From contig NC_052161.1 in assembly GCF_902713615.1 (NCBI RefSeq), positions 11,381,171-11,445,170 of the forward strand: a stretch of DNA of 64,000 nt, read 5' to 3'. A program made the position numbers and the translations under genes. Source of the DNA: Scyliorhinus canicula. Taxonomy: Eukaryota. Below, piece by piece: positions 35,640-48,577 of this stretch; within the stretch, counting starts at the first letter, position 1; the number at the start of each line of letters is the position of its first letter. The notes under the pieces were generated by a model that saw only the letters and a list, made by a program, of their open reading frames with translations, was not told the DNA's origin and did no database searches.

Positions 35640-38615
35640 AGTTTCTCTTTTCATTTGTCTATTTCTTTTTTCTTTTTTTTTGGCATTGCAGTTGTATAAG
35701 TTTACTTAAGGTTTAAGACATAGCAGGAGATCCAAGAACCATGTCATCTTCCTCATGTGCGATGTGGGAATTCAAAGTCACATCCACTGACTCTGGCTCC
35801 TTCACGTGCAAGAAGCGTGTCCAGCTGCGGCTCCTGTTAGACCGCTTGATGGCTCTAGAGCTGTGGGTGGACTCACTTTGGACCATCCGCGATGCTGAGG
35901 ATGTCGTGGATAGCACGCTCGCCGAGTTGGTCACACCGCAGGAGAAAATTACTGAAGGAGATAGAAAATGGGTGACCAAAAGCCAGAGCAAGAGTAGGAA
36001 GGCAGTGCAGGTGTCTCCAGTAGTCATCTCCCTGCAAAACAGTTCTACTGATTTAGATACTGTTGAGGGAGATGGCTTACCAGGGGAAGGCAGCAGCAGA
36101 CAAGTTCATGACTGGCTCTGCTGCGCAGGAGGGCAGAAAGAAGAATGGCAGGGCTATAGTGATAAGACACTCAATCGTAAGGGGAATAGACAGGCGGTTA
36201 TGCGGATGCAATAGAGACTCCAGGATGGTATGTTAACTTCCTGGTGCAAAGGTCAAGGATATTTCGGAGCGACTACTGGACATTCTCGGAGGGGGGAGGA
36301 AACAGTCAGTTGTTGTGGTGCAAATAGGTACCAACGATATAGGTAAAAAAAACGGGATGAGGTCCTAGAAGCTGGATTCAGGGAGTTAGGAGTTAAACTA
36401 AAAAGTAGGAGCTCAAAGGTAGTAATCTCAGGATTGCTACCAGTGCCACAAGCTAGTCAGAATAGGAATGTCAGGATAGATAGGATGAATGCGTGGATCG
36501 AGGGATGGTGCAAGAGGGAGGTATTCAAATTCCTGAGGCATTGGAACCGGTTCTGGGGGGAGGTGGGACAAGTACAAACTGGACAGTCTGCACTTGGGCA
36601 GGACTGGAACCAATGTCCTTGGTGGGGTGTTTGCTAGTGCTGTTGGGGAGGGTTTAAACTAATGTGGGAGGGGAATGGGAACCGATGCAGAAAGTCGGAG
36701 GGAAATAAAACAGGGACAGAAACAAAAGGCAGTAAGGGGGAAAGTATAAGGCAGAGAAGCCATAGTCAAAAATAAACAAGGGCCACAGTACAGGGTACAG
36801 TAACTAAGGAGAGCTCAGTGAATAGGCCCAGTAATACTAAACGGAATAAAATGGGAAGTAAAAACATAAATGAAAGTGAAGCAGCAGGTTATTACATGAA
36901 GATACAGGTTCAACGATAAGGAAAATTAAGAAAGAAGTTAAAAGGAAAAATAAATTGGGAGAGGTTACTGATAGAGGTGTTAAGATTCAAAACAGAGATA
37001 TAAAAGCCAACATAAGGGTACTTTACCTGAATGCTCATAGTATTCGGAATAAGGTAAATGAGTTGATGGCGCAAATCATTGTGAATGACAATGACTTAGT
37101 GGCCATTACTGAAACATGGTTAAAGGATGGTCACAACTGGGAGTTAAATATCCAAGGGTATCAAACTATTCGGAAGGACAGAGCGGATGGTAAGGGAGGT
37201 GGTGTAGCTCTGTTATTGAAGGATGACATCTGGGCAGTAGTGAGGGATGACATCGGTGCTATGGGGGATAAGGTTGAATCAATTTGGGTGGAAATCAGGA
37301 AGAACAAGGTGATAAAGTCACTGATAGGAGTAGTCTATTGGCCATCAAATAGTAACATTATGGAGGGGCTGGCAACAAATAAAGAAATAACTGATTCCTG
37401 TAGAAATGGTACAGCAGTTATTTTGGGGGATTTTAATCTACATGTTGATTGGTTTAACCAGGTCAGTCAAGGCAGCCTTGAGGAGGAGTTTATAGAATGT
37501 ATCCGCGATAGTTTCATAGAACAGTATGTAATAGAACCTACGAGTGAACAAGCGATCCTAGATCTAGTCCTGTGTAATGAGACAGGATTGATTAATAATC
37601 TCATAGTTAGGGATCCTCTCAGAAGGAGCGATCACAATATGGTGGAATTTAAAATACAGATGGAGGGTTAGAAAGTAAAAGCAAACACTAGTGTTTTGTG
37701 CTTAAACAAAGGAGATTACAATGGGATGAGAGAAGAGCTAGCTAAGGTAGACTGGGAGCAAAGACTTTATGGTGGAACAGTTGAGGAACAGTGGAGAACC
37801 TTCCAAGTGATTTTTCAGTGCTCAGCAAAAGTTTATACCAACAAACAGGACGGTAGAAAAAGGGAAAACCGACCGTGGATATCTCAGAAAATAAGGGAGA
37901 GTAGCAAATTGAAGGAAAAAGCATACAAAGTGGCAAAGATTAGTGGAAGACGAGAGGACTGGGAAATCTTTAGAGGGCAACAGAAAGATACTAAAAAAGC
38001 TATAAAGAGTAAGGTAGATTATGCGAGCAAACTTGTTCAGAATATAAAAAGATAGTAAAAGTTTCTACAAATATATAAAACAAAAAACGAGTGGCTAAGG
38101 TAAATATTGGTCCTTTCGAGGATGAGATGGGAGATTTAATAATGGGAGATGAGGAAATGGCTGAGGAACGGAACAGGTTTTTTGGGTCGGTCTTCACGGG
38201 GGAAGACACAAATAACATGCCAGTGACTGATGGAAATGAGGCTATGACGGATGAGGACCGTGAGACGACTGTTATCACCAAGTAGGTAGTGATGGGCAAG
38301 TAATGGAGCTAAAGGTAGACAAGTCTCCTGGCCCTGGTGGAATGCATACCAGGGTACTAAAAGAGATCTAGGGAAATTGCAAATGCACTCGTGATACAAA
38401 AATTCACTAGACTCTGGGGTGGTCCCGGCGGATTGGAAATTATCAAATGTGACACCACTGTTTAACAAAGGAGGTAGACAGAAAGCAGGTAATTATAGGC
38501 CAGTTAGCTTAACTTTGGTAGTAGGGAAGATACTAGAATCTATCACTAAGGAAGAAATAGTGAGGCATCTGAATGGAAATTGTCCCATTGGACAGACACA
38601 GCTTGGGTTCATAAA
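35640..38615 (+). mobile_element. Long decayed CR1: ORF1 (zinc finger / leucine zipper plus SGNH esterase) and ORF2 endonuclease, truncated before the RT core; antisense in BORCS7 intron 1
   Basis: SSCAMWE...FTCKK, QIGTNDI, LYLNAHSIRNK, VAITETWL, GDFN, RSDH, NYRPVSLT. Confidence 0.88.
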
Positions 38616-38827
38616 GCTGGAATTTGAATTCAATAAACCAAAATCTAGAATTTAAAGTCTAATGACGGCCATGAAACCATTGTCAATTGTCATTAAAACC
38701 CATCTGGTTCGGGAATGTGCTTTAGGGAAGGAGATCTGTCATCCTTACCTGGTCAGGCCTACATGTGATCTCAGACCTACCCACAGCAAGGCAGTTGACT
38801 CTTCAATGCCCCCAAAAATAGACAATA

Positions 38828-39065
38828 GGGCAGCACCGCGGCACAGTGGTTAGCACTGCTGCCTCACAGCGCTGAGTACCGGGTTCGATCCTGGCCCCGG
38901 GTCACTGTCTGTGTGGAGTTTATACATTCTTCCCGTGCCTGCACGGGTCTCACCCACCCCTCCCCTCCCCTCCGCCCAAAATGGCATGCAGGGTAGCTGG
39001 ATTGACCACGCGAAATAGCCCCTTAATTGGAAAAAAAAGAATTGGATACTCTAAATTTTTTTTTA
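38828..39065 (+). mobile_element. V-type SINE, poly(A)-family ending
   Basis: Head plus CCCCTTAATTGGAAAAA...CTCTAAATTT end. Confidence 0.7.
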
Positions 39066-39449
39066 AATAGGCGATAAATGCTGACCCAGCCAGCGAAGCT
39101 CGCATCCAGTGAACGAATAAAGCTTCAACTCACCGGTAGTGGAGTGCTTTGGGAAGTTGTGCCCTCAAGACAGAGGCACCATGGTGCCAACCTGCTCAAA
39201 ACCTCTGGACTGGGTCTTTAACTCAGGACCTTTCTTGTTGGTAGGGGGGGGTGGGGGCAAGGGGTGGGAATGTTGGCAAGCTGGCACCTCATACCGAGAT
39301 AAGAGATTTCTGAGCCACTGCTGAACGGGGGCAGTGGGACGACTTCTGAAGGTGCAGGGATCACCTGGGCTGAGGGTACCTGGCTCTTAAAGGGGAGGGC
39401 CAGCCAGGGGCATTTTCTGTCGGTTGATTTATTAAAATAATCCCCTCCC

Positions 39450-39760
39450 CTCCCCCCCGATACCTCGGAGCTGCGGGAACCTTTCAGTATCTGCTTGGTG
39501 AGCGCGATCACATCGGTGGTGCAGGTGGAGACTTTTTCCGACAATAAACCCTTCGCCGGCTGCCCATATCGGGCCTGCTGATCAGCGGCCGCCATCTTGC
39601 CCGGGACGGCCGGCCGGCCGGCGGACGGAGACCGAGAGCGAACCTTCCGCGTTTCAAAAGTGCCATGCGGACGCTGCAGGGACTCCCTCCCCCAGCAGCA
39701 GCAGCTGCAGCACCGGGACTGGGGTCTGGGGTCTGCATTCTGCACCCACCTCCCGTCTTC
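39450..39760 (-). promoter_or_regulatory. BORCS7: BORCS7 CpG-rich promoter / exon 1 region with a YY1-type motif (CAAGATGGCGGC) over the start codon
   Basis: Dense CpGs in non-repeat DNA; plus-strand GCCGCCATCTTG at 39588-39599. Confidence 0.6.
39464..39595 (-). CDS. BORCS7: BORCS7 exon 1 (MAAADQQARYGQPAKGLLSEKVSTCTTDVIALTKQILKGSRSSE); spliced CDS 312 nt, 103 aa
   Basis: aagATGG Kozak context, GAG|GTat donor; matches human QARFGQSVKGLLTEKVTTCGTDVIALTKQVLKGSRSSE. Confidence 0.96.
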
Positions 39761-40533
39761 CAAACACATTCAATCTCAACCATTTGAAACCTTCCAAACA
39801 AGAAACTCGATTTTGCAAACGTATCAGCCCGAAACATCAGGATAAAACCTTTTAAAGGTTCAGTTGCATTTTACAGCCTGCCTTACAAGAATTTAAATTT
39901 GGTTTTAAAAACTTCTAAACGAGAGGTCGATTCCTTTTTTTTGGCAGTTTTAAGAACGTGCATTGTGAGATTTTATATTATGCAAAGTCAAAATCTTGCA
40001 GCAGAAAAAGGGGCTGTTCAAATTTTGTGGCTTGGTATGGCAGATCTTGAGTATCGCTGAAAAAAGTCAGTGTTGTCGAAGCTTTTCCCTTTGCACTCAT
40101 CAGAATGAATGCAAGAGGGTAGTGCAGTGGTTAGCACTGCTGCCTCACGGTGCTAAGGACCCGGTTCGATCCAGGTTCACTGTCCGTGCAGAGTTTACAC
40201 ATTCTCTCCGTGTCTGCGTGGGTCTCAGCCTCACAACCCAAAACATATGTATAGAGTAGGACTGGCCATGCTGAATTGTCCCTTAATTTAAAAAAAGAAT
40301 AAATGCAAGAATGCCAAATTTCAAAGGGAGCAACAATTGATACTGCATGAGAAAAGCTGCTGATTGGTTGGAAAGTCAGCTCTGATTGGTCACAGCATTA
40401 CCGTGAGGAACAAGTCAGGGAACTGTCGTCCCCTGATTATCTTACATGGGTTGTTCGTGTAATTCTTAATACATTCAGGATTGCCTAGTAAATGCTGTCC
40501 AACTGCAAAATTACATCTAACTTTAGACATTAT

Positions 40534-40807
40534 TGTGGTGAATTATATATCTCGCCTTACATGTATTGTGTCCTTGTGGGCTCTGTATACGAACCGTTGC
40601 GCGGCTCTGCCCATGGGGGAGATGAGGAGTTTGTACTGGGCTCCACCCTTGGCTCCGCCCATGGCTCCTCCCACTAACCAGAAGTATAAAGCACTGCAGT
40701 CGTAAGCCTGCTCTCAGTTCCTCTCGTCGCAGGCAGGCTCAGTTGTAAGACTATTAAAACCACAGTTTACTTCCAATCGTGTGTCTAGTGAATTGATGGT
40801 CACATCA
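40534..40807 (+). mobile_element. Solo LTR (274 bp)
   Basis: TG...CA termini, perfect 5-bp TSD ATTAT (40529-40533, 40808-40812), internal TATAAA and ATTAAA. Confidence 0.85.
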
Positions 40808-41099
40808 ATTATGTTCTGAGCTTTGTGAGCACAGGTTGGTTAAGTACAGTCTGCCTGTTGCAAACAGCTGAAAGGATGTGTTGTACGATACAATCCACCA
40901 ATCGTTGGGACATACAGCCTATGTAACTGGCATCACACCAGCACTGATATTCATATAACACATTACTCACTTGTGTGCTGGGTAGAACTTTTTTTGAGTT
41001 GACGGCAGCATCCTTTTTGTGGAAAATACCCCTCGTGTTGGTACTGCAGAGTAGCTGTGTGAAACGGCTAGCTTCAGCCGTTGCTTACATAGATTGAAC

Positions 41100-43205
41100 A
41101 CTTTTCAGGCCCTAAATCAACAATCAGAAATGGAAAGCATTTAAAGAAACAATTCATAATGTTCAACAAAAATACATTCCATTGTAAAACAAAAATCTAG
41201 CAAGAAAGACTCTACGTAGTGATGATATCAGAATTTTAAAAAAAAGAGACTTGCAATGATGCAACAAAAAAAAAACAGTGGCAAATCTGAAGATTGGGAA
41301 TGTTTTAGAAACCAGCTGAAAGCCAACTAAGTGTTGATAACAAGGAAAAAATAGAACATGAGAGTAAACAAACCAGAAATCTTAAAACAGAGTATAACCG
41401 TTTTTATAAATATATAAAAAGGAAGACAGTAGCTAAAGTAAATGTTGGTTCCTGAGAAACAGAGACAGGAGAAATTATCATGGGCAGTGAGGAAATGGCA
41501 GAGGCATTGAACAAGTACCGCGATTCTCCGCCCCCCACGACGGGTCGGAGAATAACGGGAGGGCCTTCCCGACATTTTTCCCGAACTCCCGCTATTCTCC
41601 CCCCCCCCCCCCCCCCCCCCCCCCACGGCCACCTCACGACACGAATTGCTGCTCGCCGTTTTTTTACGGCGAGCAGCGATTCTCCCCTATCCGATGGGCC
41701 GATTTCCCAGGCCTTTACGGCCGTTTTCACGAACTCCAACACACCTGCTCTCACAGTTTGTGAAAACGGCCGCAAAGTACCGTTCTCGAGAACCATGGCA
41801 CCGATCGCGGGCAGCAGGTCCGAACCCCGCGCACTCTTTGTTCCTCCGCCGCCCCGCTGGATCAGTCCGCGGGGCTGCTGAGGGGCATAACGGCCCGCGC
41901 ATGTGCGGGTTTCACGCATATGCGTGATGACGTCATCCGCGCATGCGCGGGTTGGAGCCGGCCAATCTGCGCATGCGCGGCTGACGTCATCATGCGCGTC
42001 AGCCGCCGTTACCTTTGGCGCGCGGGCTTAGCGAAGTTCGCTAAGCCTGCGATGCCAAGGTTCACGGGGCCCCGCTGCTAGCCCCGACCGGGGAGCAGAA
42101 TCGGGTCCCGGGAAGGGGCGCGGAGGCTGCCGTGAAACACGGCCAGTTTCATGGCAGCCTTCACGACTCTTCGCATTTGCGGAGAATCGCGCCCTTTGTG
42201 TCTGTCTTCACAGCGGAAGACTTCCGTACCAGAGATACTTACATTTACATAGAATTTACAGTGCAGAAGGAGGCCATTCAGCCCATCGAGTCTGCACCGG
42301 CTCTTGGAAAGAGCACTCTACCCCCTACCCAAGGTCAACACCTCCACCCTATCCCCATAACTCAGTAACCCCACCCAACACTAAGGGCAATTTTGGACAC
42401 TAAGGGAAATTTATCATGGCCAATCCACCTAACCTGCACATCTTTGGACTGTGGGAGGAAACCGCAGCACCCGGAGGAAACCCACGCACACACGGGGAGG
42501 ATGTGCAGACTCCGCACAGACAATGACCCAAGCCGGAAACGAACCTGGGACCCTGGAGCTGTGAAGCGATTGTGCTATCCACAATGCTACCGTGCTGCCC
42601 CTAAAAGAATAAGGGGCTAAAAAAGGTGAGGAAATTAGGGAAATTAATATCAGCAGAAGAAAAAGTATTTGAGAAACTTAGGCAGCTAATATCTAACAAA
42701 TCCATTGGTCCTGGTGGTCTACACCCCACAGTTCTAAAAGAGAAAGCTGCAGAGTTAAGGGATGTACTGGTGATGATTTTCCAAAAGCCTTAGATTTGGG
42801 AACAATCCTATCAGATTAGAAGTTGGTAAATGTTACAATGCTTTTCAAGATAGGAGGAAGAGAGAAAACAGTGAGCTACAGGCCGTTGTTGAGAAATCTG
42901 TTATTAAAGAAGTCTTCATGCACTTAGAAAAGGATAGTATGCTTGGCACAAGGCAATATGGCTTTACTATAGGGATTTTGACAAATTTCTTGAAGTTTTT
43001 TGAGGATGTAACTAGTGGGAGAGATAGAGAGGAACCAGGAGATATAATATATCTGAATTCCCAAAAAGTGCACACAAAAGGTTTATAGGCAAGATAAGAG
43101 CTCACAGAGTTAGGGGTAATATTTTAGCATGGATAGAGGATTGGTTAACAGATAGAAAGCAGAGAGTAGGCAAAAAACAGAGTCTTTTCAAGCTGGCAGG
43201 TGGTA
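41100..43205 (+). mobile_element. Old degraded CR1 ORF2 fragment hosting a MITE and a SINE (42248-42600 -)
   Basis: Residual KVNVG, EMAEALNKY and FLKFFEDVT motifs. Confidence 0.7.
41519..42194. mobile_element. CpG-rich Harbinger-type MITE (about 675 bp; left TIR clipped)
   Basis: CGCGATTCTCCGC...GCGGAGAATCGCGCCC ends; close relative at 62159-62803. Confidence 0.8.
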
Positions 43206-43229
43206 TATTGTGTAGCGACTCTAAAGTAA

Positions 43230-44946
43230 TGTCGTGACTCTAAACCAGCCTCTAACATTGGCCTTGTGCAAATATCTGAGCTGGTGGTTGCGGGTATTAG
43301 GTCAAGTTTCAGAGTTTCTTCCTTGGAGCTCTCTTCCTCTCCTCCCTTTTCCACGGAGGAGCTGAGCAACCAACAGTTCTCAACCATCTGAAAACACAAA
43401 AGTACAAAGGGAGGGAATGAGGCAGGAAAAGGGCGAGTGGTGAAGGGAGCAGACAGTCCACAGTCTGCAGTTTCCATTTCTTGGCAGCTTTCAGGATGAG
43501 GCTGAGGAGCAAATGGGGAGGGTCAATAGTCAGCAACTTTAATAGACTTGGTAACATTGCGTGCCACTGACTCTGTGGCACCAGTGCCCATGATATGTGG
43601 CCCATCTTGCTCAAGGCTACTGAGGGTAGTGTATGGATTCTTTGTAGCCCTCCGCCAGTCGTCTGTCTCTCCTACCCGTTGTGGGCCACCTTTTCCTGCA
43701 AGAGAGGAATAGAGAAGACTGCCAGTAACAGTGTGCCAGTGTATTTGGTTGATGCCATAGCTGAATAGCTGGAGATATGTGGAGACAATGGGAGGTGAGT
43801 GTGAGTGACAGACATGTGTGGGTGAAGAACAGTGAAAGGATGTTAGTGGTAAGTCCCGAGTGGTGTGGCTCCTGGGTGGATGATGACAGGTGTTTCACAA
43901 ATGTAGTGGGATGAGCCTCAGAGAGGTAATTATTACGGCACTGCTGCCAAGCTTGTGGAATTCAGGACTCTGGCATTGACCACCTTTGCCACTTTCACAG
44001 GGTTAAGCTGTTGTGCGTTTTCTCTACTACTTGGACTTTACTGTGGCTCTGTTCCAATTAGGGCAATCAGTGGATTTGCTGTCTTTCTATATTGTCTATG
44101 TCCGAATGCTTAGAGTTGTCAGGTATCGAATGATACCACCACAAGTTTCAACCGGCTATCGATCAAAGAGCCAAACACCAGTTAGTTAGTTCAAGATCAA
44201 GGGTTCTTTATTTACAGACAATCAGTCATGCAACATAAACACTACTAGTTAACTACACCTATTACTAAGACAACCTGTACTTAACTTCGGGCACCCGGCT
44301 TAGGTCGGGAAACAGTGGCCGCTTTTCAATTCTGGATCTCTTGGGTTCGAAGGGGTAACTGCTGCTCAGCTGGGCTCATCCGTCTGCTGGTGGGCGTTGA
44401 ACTCGAACTTGCTTCTGGTGTTGCTGCGATTGGCGATGGCCGTGACCGGGGTACCAAGGCCAAAAGGGAGCGAGCATATGGCTAACTCGGGCTGGGGGGG
44501 GGGGGGTTGCGCTCTTTTGGGCGGTCCTTCGATTTGGGCCTTACTAATTGGGTGATCCCTGATCACTCCGTTCGATTCCTTAGCCAATAAGTGGGCGGGT
44601 TTCTGGATGGCTGGCCGTGTCCCAAGCGGTCACTGATCCCGTTGTTGGTGTTTCCCTTGGACAGGGAGTGGCGCCGAAATGTCTGGGACTGTCCCGGTTG
44701 CTGGAGTACCAGTCCTTTGTTTTGGGAGGGATGGGCCATCACCTGCTAATCGGCCTGAATAACATGCTACTGGGACGGAGTTTTGATGCCGTCTGGACTT
44801 TGCTGACAAATATGCATTTCAGGCTCTGAGCCTGCCTGATTCTTGGCTTATACATTTTACCCATCAGTCTTTGAGAGTTGCTCTGTATCTAGTCGGAAGT
44901 GGCCATCCCAGATGGCTACAAAGCTCAAGGATTTCTTGCTCCGTTC

Positions 44947-44977
<31 letters not shown>

Positions 44978-45070
44978 ACCAGAAGCATGACCTCTCCCGG
45001 CTTTAACTTCTCGACACAATGAGGGCAGGATGGCGTCACTGAAACAGGGATCCAGTTCCTTCTCCTGCTG
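43230..45070 (-). pseudogene. Decayed Myb/SANT-like gene of a PIF/Harbinger transposon, split by a solo LTR
   Basis: Minus-strand remnants in the expected order: PCFSDAIL...EVKA (about 45050-44990), VAKVVNA...WQQCR (about 43995-43935), acceptor ttgcAG|EKVAHNG*ERQTTGGG (from 43695), then a further acceptor and an acidic exon near 43390. Confidence 0.65.
44009..44920 (-). mobile_element. Solo LTR (912 bp)
   Basis: TG...CA termini with 4-bp TSD AAGC (44005-44008, 44921-44924); minus-strand AATAAA near 44210. Confidence 0.75.
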
Positions 45071-46697
45071 TGCTATATCTTTCCCTTGAATGTTTTTTAT
45101 CCAGCGGCCTATAATGCATTGCTGGGCACCTTCCCTTTTATAGGGACGGCACCTTGTAAAAGGGAAAGCCGCCTGGAATCGCTGGTTTTTTCACAGTGTT
45201 ACTCAGGGGAGTAGGGACCAGTACAAACTGGACAGGTTACACCTGTGCAGGACTAGGACTGATGGCCTGGGGGGATTATTTGCTAGAATGGTTGGGAAGG
45301 GTTAAACTAAAATGGCAGGGGGGTGGGAACCTATGCAAGGAGTCAGAGGAGGGGAAATCAAGGACAAAAACAAATGGCAGGAAGAGGAATAAGAAAAGTG
45401 ATAGGCAGAGAAACCAAGGGCCAGATTCAAACAGGGGAAAATACTGGGAATGGGCCAAGTAATGTTAAAATGCCAAGCCTAAAGGCTTTGTGCCTTAACG
45501 TGTGGAGCATTCGCAATAAAATGGATGTGTTAATCACACAAATGGGAGAAATTCCTAGAATGTATACGGGATGGGTTTCTGGTTCAATGCATTAAGGAAC
45601 CAAGTAGAGAATAGGCCATCCCAAACTAGGTTTAGTGTAATGAGAATGGAATCATTGGCAATCTAGTTGTGTGAGACCCCTTGGGCATGTGCAACCGTAA
45701 CATGGTAGAATTTTTCATTCAGATGGAGAATGACCTAGTTGATTCTGAGACTAGGGTCCTGAATCTGAATGAAGGAACCTACGATGCGTGGGTTGGCTAT
45801 GATGGATTGGGAAACATTACATAAAGGGATGAAGGTGGATAGGCAATGGCAAACATTCAAGGAGCTCATGGGTAAACTGCAACAATTGTTTATTTCTGGC
45901 TGTTGCAAAAGTAAAATGGGAAGGTGGCCAAACCATGGCTTACAAAGACAATTAGGGATAGTATTAGATTCAAGGAAGAAGCATACAAATTGGCCAAGAA
46001 AAATAACGACCTGAGGATTGAGAGCAGTTTAGAATTCAGCAAAGGATGACCAAGGGATTGATTAATAAGGGGAAATATAGAATACAAGTGTAAGCTTGTG
46101 GGGAACATACAAACTGACTGTAAACGTTTCTATAGGTATGTGAAGAGAAGAAGATCAGTGAAGACAAATGTAGATCCCTTACATTCAGAACCAGAGGAAT
46201 TTATAATGAGGAATAAAGAAATGGCTGACCAATTAAATACATATTTTGGTTCTGTCTTCACAAAGGAGGACACAAATAATATTCCAGAAATGTTGGGGAT
46301 TGGAGGGTTTAGTGAGGGAGGAACTGAAAGAAATCAGTATTAGTAGAGAAATGGTGTTGGGGAAATTGATGGGATTGAAGGCTGATGAATCCCCAGGGCC
46401 TGATAATTGATATCCCAGAGGACTAAGGAAGTGGCCCTCGAAATAATGGATGCATTGGGATCATCTTCCAAGATTCTATAGACTCGGGAGCAGTTCCTGC
46501 AGATTGGAGGGTAGCTAATGTAACCCCACTATTTAAAAAGGGAAGTAGAGGAAAAACACAGAATTATAGACCAGTCACCCTGACGTGGGCAGTGGGGAAA
46601 ATTCAAGAGTCCATTATCAAAGATTTTATAGCAGAGCACTTGGAAAATAGTGGTAGGATCGGACATAGTCAGCGTGGATTTATGATGGGGAAATCAA

Positions 46698-46925
46698 GGG
46701 CAGCACGGTGGTGCAGTGGGGTAGCCCTGCTGCCTCACGGCGCCAAGGTCCCAGGTTCGATCCCGGCTCTGGGTCACTGTCCATGTGGAGTTTGCACATT
46801 CTCCCCGTGTTTGCGTGGGTTTCACCCCCACAACCCAAAGGTGCAGGTTAGGTGGATTGGCCACGTTAAATTCCCCTTAATTGGAAAAAATGAATTGGGT
46901 AATCTAAATTTATAAAAAAAAAAAA
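46698..46925 (+). mobile_element. Poly(A)-tailed V-type SINE with 15-bp TSD
   Basis: TSD ATGATGGGGAAATCA at 46682-46696 and 46926-46940. Confidence 0.9.
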
Positions 46926-47957
46926 ATGATGGGGAAATCATGCTTGACAAATCTGCTGGAATTCTTCGAGAATGTAACTAGTAGAGTTGATGAGGGGGAG
47001 CCAGCGGATGTGGTTTATTTTTACTTTCAGAAGGCTTTCAACAAAGTCCCACATAAGAAATTATCGTGTAAAATGAAAGTGCATAGGATTAGGGGTTGTG
47101 TATTGAGATGGATGAAAAACAGGTTGGCAGACGGGAAACAAATACAGTAGTAGGAATTAACGGGTCTTTTTCCAAATAGTAGACAGTGACTAGTGGGGTA
47201 CCGCAGGGATCGGTGCTGGGACCCCAGCTATTCACAATATATATTAATGATTCAACTGATGGAATAAAATGCAATATCTCCACAATTTGCAAATGACACA
47301 AAGCTGGGTGGAAGGGTGAGCTGTGAGGAGAATAGAGATCTTTCAGTGTGATTTAGACAAGTTGGTAGATGCAGTATACTGTGGATAAATGTAAGATTAT
47401 CCACTTTGGTATCAAAAATGGAAAGGTAGATTATGATCTGAATGGCCATAAAGGGAATATGAAACGAGCCCTGGGTGTCGTGGTACCAGTCGCTGAAGAT
47501 ACAGGTACAGCAGACAGTAAAGAAGGCAAATGGTATGTTGCCCTTCATAGCGAGAGGATTCGAGTACAGGAGCAGGGATGTCTTGTTTCAATTATACAGG
47601 GCCCTGGTGAGGCCACACCTGGAATATTGTGAGCAGATTTGGTCTCCTTTTCTGAGGAAGGATATTCTTGTTATGGAGGGAGTGCAGCGAAGGTTTACCA
47701 GACTGATTCCTGGGACGGCGGGACTGACGTGTGAGGAGAGATTGTGTTGGTTAGGATTGTATTCGCTTCGCTGGAGTTCAGAAGAATGATGGGGGGTGGG
47801 GGGGGGTCGCATAGAAATCTACAAAATTCTAACAGGACTAGATAGGGTAGATGCAGGAAGGACGTACCCGATTGTAGGAGTGTCCGGAACCAGGGGCCAC
47901 AGTCTGAAGATAAGGGGTAAACCATTTAGGACTGAGATGAGGAGAAATCTCTTCAAC

Positions 47958-48577
47958 TAGTGAGAGGCTTGGAATATAAAAGCAGGGATGTACTTCTGAG
48001 GCTTTATAATGCACTAGTTAGGCCCCATTTAGAATACTGTGAGCAATTTTGGGCCCCATACCTCAGGAAGGACATACTGGCACTGGAGCGGGTCCAGCGG
48101 AGATTCACACGGATGATCCCAGGAATGGTAGGCCTAACATACGATGAACGTCTGAGGATCGTGGGATTATATTCATTGGAGTTTAGGAGGTTGAGGGGAG
48201 ATCTAATAGAAACTTACAAGATAATGAATGGCTTGGATAGGATGGACGTAGGGAAGTTGTTTCCATTAGCAGGGGAGACTAGGACGCGGGGGCACAGCCT
48301 TAGAATAAAAGGGAGTCACTTTAGAACAGAGATGAGGAGAAATTTCTTCAGCCAGAGAGTGGTAGGTCTGTGGAATTCATTGCCACAGAGGGCGGTGGAG
48401 GCCGGGACATTGAGTGTCTTTAAGACAGAAATTGATAAATTCTTGATTTCTCAAGGAATTAAGGGCTATGGGGAGAGAGCGGGTAAATGGAGTTGAAATC
48501 ATCCATGATTGAATGGTGGAGTGGACTCGATGGGCCGAATGGCCTTACTTCCGCTCCTATTTCTTATGGTCTTATGG
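47958..48577 (+). mobile_element. Younger CR1 3' fragment nested in an older CR1
   Basis: Uninterrupted 178-aa ORF2 C-terminus (47960-48496) with its own CTTATGGTCTTATG tail; the host element resumes at GTGAGCCTGTG. Confidence 0.85.

Noticed and set aside
39218-39769. 183-aa single-exon ORF as the BORCS7 protein
   Set aside because: It begins at a non-ATG codon and reads through the exon 1 donor; only 39464-39595 matches BORCS7.
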